A stretch of 64,000 nt of DNA, from IMG/VR virus record IMGVR_UViG_3300044213_000107, positions 124,001 to 188,000 of that record. The stretch is one strand, 5' to 3'. Position 1 is the first letter of the stretch. The number at the start of each line of letters is the position of its first letter. Positions 57,569 through 64,000 of the stretch are shown here, in pieces. The notes under the pieces are model-generated. The model did no database searches. It worked only from the letters and a program-made list of their open reading frames with translations, and had not been told where the DNA came from. The position numbers and the translations under genes are program-made.

Positions 57569-58599
57569 TTGCTTAACCACCTATCATTAGCAAGAGTCCA
57601 ACGAACTACTTCTTCGATTCTATCGCTGAGTTTAATCTTTGGCTCCCACCCTAGCGATTTTAACAGTCCGCCATCTAACGCATATCGTAAATCATGCCCG
57701 GGACGTGATCCGTGGAAGTCTACCATTTCATAGTTTAACACACGGTCCTGCGCACGAGCAATCATTTGTGCTAGGGTTAGGTTATCAATTTCTTCTGTGC
57801 CTACTAGGTTAAATTTAGGACAATGTGCATGCCCATAATCACCTTGGTGTTTGTAGTCTTTAAGACTTAAAATAAACATTAAACCTTCAGCAACATCCCG
57901 AGCATGAATATACATGCGTGTGCCAGCGTGTCTACGTGTAGGATCGGCATGAATAAACACCTTTTCGCCGTCTCTTGCACGTTGGATAACCATTGGGATA
58001 AATTTTTCTGGATGTTGACGTTCGCCAAACACATTCATTGTATGTGTTACCACAATTGGCATCTTGTATGTGTTTTCGTAGGCTACACAAAATTCCTCTG
58101 CGGCTGCTTTACTTGCTGAATAAGGGTTTGTGCTGTTATAGCGATCGTATTCTTTATACGAAACACCCGGAGGTGCTACACCAAAGATCTCATCTGTAGA
58201 GAAATATACAAATCGTTCTAGGTCAGGCAAATGTCGACGTGCGTAATCTAACATGTTTACAGTACCAACTACGTTGTCTTGCACAAACTCCATAGGGTAT
58301 TGGATGCTACGATCAACGTGCGATCCTGCAGCTAGATGTAAAATAATATCAACTGCACCAATTTGTTTTACAATCATTTCATTAAGCTCGGCTTTGAGAT
58401 CATGAAATACAATCCGTAGTCTACCAGCAACTTCTGCAGGGTCATGTTCTTGTAGCATGTCGTGTAGTCGGTTTAGGTTTCCGCTGATATCTAATCGATC
58501 CAAACATACAATATTCCAGTCTGTGTCTCTTAAGATCTTATCAATAACATGGTGCGCAATAAAACCGGCACCGCCAGTAATCAATACATTTTTTGTCAT
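57565..58599 (-). CDS. NDP-glucose 4,6-dehydratase (RmlB-like)
   Basis: GGAGFI, HLAAGSHVDRS, STDE, YSASK, RPGHDLRYA. Confidence 0.92.
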   Translation of the reverse strand: MTKNVLITGGAGFIAHHVIDKILRDTDWNIVCLDRLDISGNLNRLHDMLQEHDPAEVAGRLRIVFHDLKAELNEMIVKQIGAVDIILHLAAGSHVDRSIQYPMEFVQDNVVGTVNMLDYARRHLPDLERFVYFSTDEIFGVAPPGVSYKEYDRYNSTNPYSASKAAAEEFCVAYENTYKMPIVVTHTMNVFGERQHPEKFIPMVIQRARDGEKVFIHADPTRRHAGTRMYIHARDVAEGLMFILSLKDYKHQGDYGHAHCPKFNLVGTEEIDNLTLAQMIARAQDRVLNYEMVDFHGSRPGHDLRYALDGGLLKSLGWEPKIKLSDRIEEVVRWTLANDRWLSK

Positions 58600-58614
58600 A
58601 GTTTCTTTCAATTG

Positions 58615-59472
58615 TTAATTATAGCAATAGGGCGGCAATAGGTCAACTGCTGTAGTATCAGCTGATTCAATTACCCATTTACTAAATTTTGGGTCCTGCA
58701 TGGCTCGGGGAAAATAACTGTCTAACTGCACAGGTTGGTAGCTGTCGTTGGCAGTACGTGCCCAACTCTTGCCTTCTCGAACACTGGCTTCGGGATCAAT
58801 TTGTGCAATAAATTCTGGATAGTTTACTTCTTGGTGTGCAAAACTCTGTGCTTTGTTTACTAGCCAATCCCGATCGCCCATGTAGCCAAAATGCCACCCC
58901 GCATGTTCAACCACGGCAATACCGTCTCGACGATACTGATAAGGATGATCAAAAAACTGAAAACGCATCTGTCTAAATGAATCTGGCAACAAGGTATCAA
59001 ACACTGCACGACGCCCGGCCATGGACCAAATGCCATATCTGTCAGGATCAAGTTTCATGTTGTTGAATTTAAAATTATACAGTGGCATGCGCAGTGCATA
59101 CACAGTTTCCGGAGTATTGATCATGTATCGTACTGCGTCAGCACGTACGATTTCATCACAGTCAGAAATCATAATAAGATCATTTGGATTAGCTTGTTCA
59201 ATGCCACGAAAGATTTGGTTGCGTTGATATATGTCATTGACCCAAGCATCGGGGTTCCTTGGCATATCCTCAACTTGTATATAAATGATTTTATCAGCCC
59301 AGGGTTTATACCGATCGGCATTTTCTTGGTAATAAAAAGGTTTGTCCCGACTAGTGAATGTAGTATTGGATTCAACCAAAACAAAATGGTCAACCACATC
59401 ATATAGTTCACGTAGTCTAATTTCAAGTAAATCAAATTCGTTGTGGAATGGAAAACAGTCGTAGATTTTCAT
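58615..59472 (-). CDS. Glycosyltransferase family 17 (beta-1,4-GlcNAc transferase-like)
   Basis: YDCFPFHNEFDLLEIRL.EL...VD.FVLVES; ISDCDEI; GWHFGY. Confidence 0.88.
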   Translation of the reverse strand: MKIYDCFPFHNEFDLLEIRLRELYDVVDHFVLVESNTTFTSRDKPFYYQENADRYKPWADKIIYIQVEDMPRNPDAWVNDIYQRNQIFRGIEQANPNDLIMISDCDEIVRADAVRYMINTPETVYALRMPLYNFKFNNMKLDPDRYGIWSMAGRRAVFDTLLPDSFRQMRFQFFDHPYQYRRDGIAVVEHAGWHFGYMGDRDWLVNKAQSFAHQEVNYPEFIAQIDPEASVREGKSWARTANDSYQPVQLDSYFPRAMQDPKFSKWVIESADTTAVDLLPPYCYN

Positions 59473-59477
59473 ATACA

Positions 59478-59496
59478 TATTTAACTATAATAAATA
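59478..59496. promoter_or_regulatory. Back-to-back TAAATA late-type promoter motifs at a strand switch
   Basis: Minus-strand TAAATA at 59483-59478; plus-strand TATAATAAATA at 59486-59496. Confidence 0.55.
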
Positions 59497-59522
59497 CTTG
59501 ATGTCAAATTTTCAAGGATCAT

Positions 59523-60164
59523 ATGCACGCCGTAGCTTCAATTAATACCAGTGATTACCAAGTTTTAGCCGATCTAACAGATGCTCCAAAACGTGAGTTT
59601 TGCGACCGTTATGGCTACGAATTCTTTGTGTTAAAAGAATTAAAATACAGCCCAATTATGGGTTTTAATAAAGTTGCTTATGTACTTGATATTTTTCAGC
59701 AACGTCCGGACATTGAATGGTTGTTGTTTAGTGAGTGCGATGCTACAATAACAAATCTAACTATTAGCATTGATGACAAGATCGACGATGATTACCATTT
59801 TATTATTCCTGTGGATCGTTTGAACCTAAATGCCGGAAACTTTTTGGCTCGCAACACTGAGCAGGGTCGTGCGTATCTGCAGATGATTGTGGACTCAGAA
59901 GACCAATACAAATCTGCAGAATGGGCCGAGCAACAGGTAATAATTGATACTATAGATCAATACACTGACATAGTTAAAATTGTAGCACAAAGAGAAATGA
60001 ACAGTTATGAACCGGCGATTTACGATTATTGTGATGCTCGCTTTGATATATTGGGCAACAGCGGTGCCTGGGAACCCGGAGACTGGATCGTACACTGGCC
60101 AGGAACTTACTTACCAACTAGGCTTGCACGAGCACAAGCAATTGCTCAGGAGATCGTTCGATGA
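59523..60164 (+). CDS. Glycosyltransferase family 34 (GMA12/MNN10-like)
   Basis: K.EFCDRYGY.F, WLLFSECDA.ITN, NAGNFL.RN, WAEQQ, DWIVHWPG. Confidence 0.8.
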   Translation: MHAVASINTSDYQVLADLTDAPKREFCDRYGYEFFVLKELKYSPIMGFNKVAYVLDIFQQRPDIEWLLFSECDATITNLTISIDDKIDDDYHFIIPVDRLNLNAGNFLARNTEQGRAYLQMIVDSEDQYKSAEWAEQQVIIDTIDQYTDIVKIVAQREMNSYEPAIYDYCDARFDILGNSGAWEPGDWIVHWPGTYLPTRLARAQAIAQEIVR

Positions 60165-60988
60165 AAATACTTATTACCGGAGTAACAGGATTTTTGGGTC
60201 GTAGCCTACAAGAGTTTTATGACCATAAAAAACACGATATTTGTCTTGTGTATAGAGGTTTTAATTTAACAAATACACTCAACAGTTATAAACCAGATTT
60301 GATCTTACATTGTGCTGGAGAAATTTACAAACCCGATTTGATGTACCGTACTAACATTGGCATGGTGGAAGAAATATTAGAATGGGTTAGACGCAATCCT
60401 GCTGCAAGAATGGTACAAATAGGATCAAGCAGCGAATATGGTACTGTTAAGCGTGCCACACGAGAAACCGATGCTATTGCTCCTGTTGATGTGTATTCTG
60501 CTACCAAAGGAGCCGCAACACTGCTGTGTCAAGGATACAGTCGCCAATTTGATTTACAAGTTGCAGTGGCTCGTATATACTCAGGGTATGGTGCGCATGA
60601 ACGTCCACACAGATTATTTCCACGTTTATATCGTGCATTTTTTCAAGATGAACCAATGACGTTATTTGATGGGGTACATGATTTTATCTACATAGATGAT
60701 TTTTTACGTGGCATTGATCTGTTGGTAAACGCAGAACGTTGGCCATCGGGAGAAATAGTAAACTTTGGGTCAGGCACACAATATCGTAATATTACTGTAT
60801 TAAAACTTTGGGAAAATATTACAGGACGTACTGCCCCCGTTGAATACATCAATAGATTTAGCAAGCCGTTTGAAACTGATTTTTGGCAATGCGATACCAC
60901 TTATGCTAAACAGCAATATGGATTTGTAACCGAATACAGTTTAGAACAAGGCATAGAAGATTTTATAAAGAAAATGGAAGTTAAGTAA
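60161..60988 (+). CDS. NAD-dependent sugar epimerase/reductase
   Basis: GVTGFLG, GSSSEYG, YSATK, HDFIYIDD. Confidence 0.9.
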   Translation: MKILITGVTGFLGRSLQEFYDHKKHDICLVYRGFNLTNTLNSYKPDLILHCAGEIYKPDLMYRTNIGMVEEILEWVRRNPAARMVQIGSSSEYGTVKRATRETDAIAPVDVYSATKGAATLLCQGYSRQFDLQVAVARIYSGYGAHERPHRLFPRLYRAFFQDEPMTLFDGVHDFIYIDDFLRGIDLLVNAERWPSGEIVNFGSGTQYRNITVLKLWENITGRTAPVEYINRFSKPFETDFWQCDTTYAKQQYGFVTEYSLEQGIEDFIKKMEVK

Positions 60989-61548
60989 TGTTTTGCCAAC
61001 CAGGATATAATTTTTTTGCAAGAGAACTAGCATCGAGTACATACAACTATTTAGAAATTGGGGTGTTCAACGGTGATAGCATAGCAGGTCTAGCTAAAAT
61101 TCACCCAAATAAAATTGTATTTGGAGTAGACCCTTTTATCGAAGATGGATGCACAACCGAACACACACAAGTCAGTGAAAATGAAACAATGACCACCCAA
61201 CGTGAAAACACCTATGCTAACACCAACGGATTAGAAAATATTGTTTTATTTGAAATGTTAAGTTCAGATTTTGCAAATATGTTAACTGATGAAATGATCG
61301 CCGACATGAATGTAGCATGGGTGTTAATTGATGGCAGTCATCATTATCCAGATGTAATTAGTGATGTGCACTTGGCTATGAGACTTATCGGGGATCGAGA
61401 AGGCGGAATAGTTTTTGACGATTTAAATTTAGAAGGTGTTGCTCAAGCGCACAAAGAATTTTTAAACACATACCAAGATCGTATATCAAGTGCACGTGAT
61501 ATTTACGATACTCATCCCGGACACATCATTGCATATAAAATAAATTAA
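60988..61548 (+). CDS. Class I SAM methyltransferase
   Basis: YLEIGVFNG, LIDGSH.Y..V..D, IVFDD. Confidence 0.85.
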   Translation: MFCQPGYNFFARELASSTYNYLEIGVFNGDSIAGLAKIHPNKIVFGVDPFIEDGCTTEHTQVSENETMTTQRENTYANTNGLENIVLFEMLSSDFANMLTDEMIADMNVAWVLIDGSHHYPDVISDVHLAMRLIGDREGGIVFDDLNLEGVAQAHKEFLNTYQDRISSARDIYDTHPGHIIAYKIN

Positions 61549-61549
61549 C

Positions 61550-62167
61550 ATGACTGCACTAGAACGAAGAATTATTGATATAACGTATCAAGAACGCCTA
61601 AGTCATTTGAGCAGTACGCTAAGTGCGGCACCAATACTTGAAGAAATATATAACATCCGTAAACCCGATGAAGTTTTTGTACTTAGTAACGGGCATGCAG
61701 GATTGGCATTATATTGTGTACTCGAACAAAGATTTACCACTGTAAACGCAGTGGAACTACTGCACCGACATGGAATACACCCAAGTCGCGACATAGACCA
61801 TCATTTGTATTGTTCAACTGGCAGTTTAGGGTCGGGACTGCCTATTGCTGTTGGGCATGCACTAGCAACTCCAGATAAAAAAGTATACTGTATGATCAGC
61901 GACGGAGAATGTGCCGAAGGATCAATTTGGGAATCATTACGTTTTGTCTACGAGCATAAAATTGACAATTTAGAAATATACGCAAATATAAATGGCTTAG
62001 GTGCATACGATGCCATTAACATAGATTATCTTGTGCGTAGACTACAAAGTTTTTTACCACGCATAAACATTAGGATCAGCAAACCATTAAAATGGTCGTT
62101 TGCCCAGGATCTTCTTACACATTATTATGTGCTTAAAAAACAAGACTACCAGGAGATCATGGCATGA
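61550..62167 (+). CDS. Transketolase-like N-terminal (ThDP-binding) subunit
   Basis: SHLSS, LSNGHA, TGSLGSGL..AVG, SDGEC.EG..WE..N. Confidence 0.9.
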   Translation: MTALERRIIDITYQERLSHLSSTLSAAPILEEIYNIRKPDEVFVLSNGHAGLALYCVLEQRFTTVNAVELLHRHGIHPSRDIDHHLYCSTGSLGSGLPIAVGHALATPDKKVYCMISDGECAEGSIWESLRFVYEHKIDNLEIYANINGLGAYDAINIDYLVRRLQSFLPRINIRISKPLKWSFAQDLLTHYYVLKKQDYQEIMA

Positions 62168-62646
62168 GAAAAGAATGTGCTCAACTGTTGTTAGAAGAAA
62201 TGTCAGTAAATGATAAAATTCGTGTGATCACTGCTGATCTCGGGTTTGGCATTCTAGACCACATACGAAATGCTTACCCAGATCGTTTTTATAATGTGGG
62301 TGCTGCAGAACAACTAATGATTGGTGTTGGCATAGGAATGGCCGAAGAAGGTCTTGTACCTGTTTGCTATTCAATGAGTAGTTTTTTATTGTATAGGCCT
62401 TTTGAGTTTTTGCGTAACTATGTCAACTACGAGCACATACCAGTTAAGTTATTAGGGTCTGGTCGCGATCAAGATTATAGTCACGATGGTGTTAGTCACT
62501 GGGCACACGACGACGAGCTAGTATTAAACGCATTACCAAATATTAAAATGTATAAGCCTAATAATTTAGATGAGTTAAACATTAATTTTAATGAATACAT
62601 TAATAGTTCCAATCCTGCTTATTTAAATCTAAGGAGAGCAATTTGA
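62164..62646 (+). CDS. Transketolase-like pyrimidine-binding subunit
   Basis: TADLG, NVGAAEQ.MIG...G.A..G, RPFEF.R, DG.SH. Confidence 0.9.
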   Translation: MRKECAQLLLEEMSVNDKIRVITADLGFGILDHIRNAYPDRFYNVGAAEQLMIGVGIGMAEEGLVPVCYSMSSFLLYRPFEFLRNYVNYEHIPVKLLGSGRDQDYSHDGVSHWAHDDELVLNALPNIKMYKPNNLDELNINFNEYINSSNPAYLNLRRAI

Positions 62647-63572
62647 GTACTAAAGTAGTTTATGTAACAGGATGTCTTGGATTTATTGGATATCATGTAA
62701 CTGTTGCTTGTTTAGAACGTGGTTGGTATGTTAGAGGCATTGACAATATAACTTATGCAAGTAATATTGATTTTTTGCCTAAATTACAAGCATACCCAAG
62801 ATTTTATTTTGAGCAAACAGATATAAACAACATTGAAAAGTTATACGAGTGCGATTATATTATAAACACCGCCGCAGAAACTCACGTCGACAATAGTATT
62901 GTTAGCAGTGATGTATTCTTGCGTAGCAATATTAATGGCGTACACCGACTATTAGAATTAATTAAAGCCAGTAAACAAAAACCTACTTTATTGCATTTTA
63001 GCACAGATGAAGTCTACGGAGACATTGTCGAAGGTGCACACACAGAAACAGATTTGCTAAAACCAAGTAATCCATACTCAGCAACCAAAGCTGCAGCTGA
63101 TATGTTGATTAGTGCCTGGGCCAGAACATTTGATGTACCATATGTTATGGTTCGGCCAACAAATAACTATGGTATAGGACAATACACAGAAAAGTTCATT
63201 CCTCATAGTATCAAATACTATATGCTAGGTCGAGCTATTCCTTTACACAATGCCGGTACTCCTAGACGAACATGGCTGCACGTAAGCGATACCGCTAGTG
63301 CAATTATTGCTATTATCGATGCCGGCGTAAAAAATGAAATTTATAACATCTCAGGAAACTACGAAACTGATAATTTAACTGTTGCTCAACGTATTGTTGA
63401 ACTAGCAGGCGGTGCAGGAGAATTTGATTTGAGCATTACTCGCCCTGGCCAAGATGTGCGTTACGCTGTTGATGACACCAAAATAAAAGCCCTAGGTTGG
63501 CAACCTAGAGCTGATTTTGACACTGAACTTGCATTAATTGTAGATTACTACAAAAACAAGTTTGTTTGGTAA
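62643..63572 (+). CDS. Second NDP-glucose 4,6-dehydratase (RmlB-like), TTG start
   Basis: GCLGFIG, AAETHVDNS, STDEVYG, YSATK, RPGQDVRYA. Confidence 0.92.
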   Translation: MSTKVVYVTGCLGFIGYHVTVACLERGWYVRGIDNITYASNIDFLPKLQAYPRFYFEQTDINNIEKLYECDYIINTAAETHVDNSIVSSDVFLRSNINGVHRLLELIKASKQKPTLLHFSTDEVYGDIVEGAHTETDLLKPSNPYSATKAAADMLISAWARTFDVPYVMVRPTNNYGIGQYTEKFIPHSIKYYMLGRAIPLHNAGTPRRTWLHVSDTASAIIAIIDAGVKNEIYNISGNYETDNLTVAQRIVELAGGAGEFDLSITRPGQDVRYAVDDTKIKALGWQPRADFDTELALIVDYYKNKFVW

Positions 63573-63737
63573 TTAATCAACAATTTCGTCTTTGCTGACT
63601 TTTTCACCTAAGTATTGTTTAATAACTCTGATTAACTTACGCTCAGTATCATAAACAAACTCATTTGCGTCATCTTCGGTATTTACTACAAGAATAAAGC
63701 CATTTGCGGCTCTGCGTATTTCGATAGATTCAAACAT
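63573..63737 (-). CDS. Small hypothetical protein (54 aa), not in the ORF track
   Basis: MFESIEIRRAANGFILVV...; AGGAG RBS. Confidence 0.7.
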   Translation of the reverse strand: MFESIEIRRAANGFILVVNTEDDANEFVYDTERKLIRVIKQYLGEKVSKDEIVD

Positions 63738-63781
63738 TGAAAAACTCCTGGATTATTGATAGTATAAGTATAGCAGATTTT

Positions 63782-64000
63782 TTATTCTGTGTCTACAGGA
63801 TATTCTTTTAAATCTAATAAATGGTAATCGAATTTAACAATTTGATTTTCGTAATTGTCGTAATTCTTAATAAGGTTGCCCATATATTTTGCGAATCGTG
63901 TATGATTTGCTTCTTCCAGGTGGCCTTTTCTATCATCCATACAAGGCATAGGATCAGTTGCCGAATTTTCATTATTAGTTATGGTTTCAAATGCAAAATC
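63782..64000 (-). CDS. 3' end of a gene running in from beyond the window
   Basis: Open frame DFAFE...MDDRKGHLEEANH...YPVDTE*. Confidence 0.55.
   Translation of the reverse strand, partial: DFAFETITNNENSATDPMPCMDDRKGHLEEANHTRFAKYMGNLIKNYDNYENQIVKFDYHLLDLKEYPVDTE

Noticed and set aside
236-59435. Numerous 60-230-aa ORFs antisense to, or nested in, long genes (e.g. 1225-1686, 5436-5810, 26021-26509, 51849-52529)
   Set aside because: Shadow frames of well-supported genes or repeats, with no RBS and no recognisable motifs.
61550-62646. Frameshifted transketolase pseudogene
   Set aside because: The ATGA overlap is normal translational coupling, and two-subunit transketolase-like genes are usual in glycan loci.
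1-64000. Stop-codon reassignment
   Set aside because: Conserved genes translate full-length under the standard code; the only internal stop found (iscU) comes with a frameshift, so read-through alone would not repair it.

Overview
Fragment of a large, AT-rich, T4-like (myovirus-type) dsDNA phage genome. The host is probably a proteobacterium, inferred from the sigma70 promoters, AGGAG ribosome-binding sites and the rpsU/clpX/iscU/nrdAB sequence flavour. Almost all genes are on the minus strand. In order, the window holds: (1) a proteostasis/translation module (clpS partial, hsp20 with a ROSE-like leader, rpsU/bS21, clpX); (2) repeat-rich virion/fibre genes; (3) a small-gene early region; (4) SleB hydrolase, PAAR, glutaredoxin and nrdAB; (5) a tailspike, radical SAM, PD-(D/E)XK nuclease, iscA and an iscU interrupted by 7 extra nt in its CGD motif; (6) putative head-packaged proteins, including a Pol-beta-type nucleotidyltransferase coupled to a protein with two ligase-like (KxDG) domains; (7) helicase, primase, a 1607-aa fibre, a 191-aa mini-DnaE, a clamp-loader subunit, UvsW and an AAA ATPase; (8) a second early region with a repeated palindrome/terminator/promoter cassette and a helicase-methyltransferase pair; (9) an ~11.5-kb glycosylation and branched-sugar cluster. 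No tRNA, rRNA, CRISPR array, intron or intein was recognised. The best candidates for new biology are the interrupted iscU (recoding or split protein), the dual-ligase plus NTase pair with capsid-targeting-like N-termini, and several small RNA or cis elements. All family calls come from motif recognition by eye; no database search was run.
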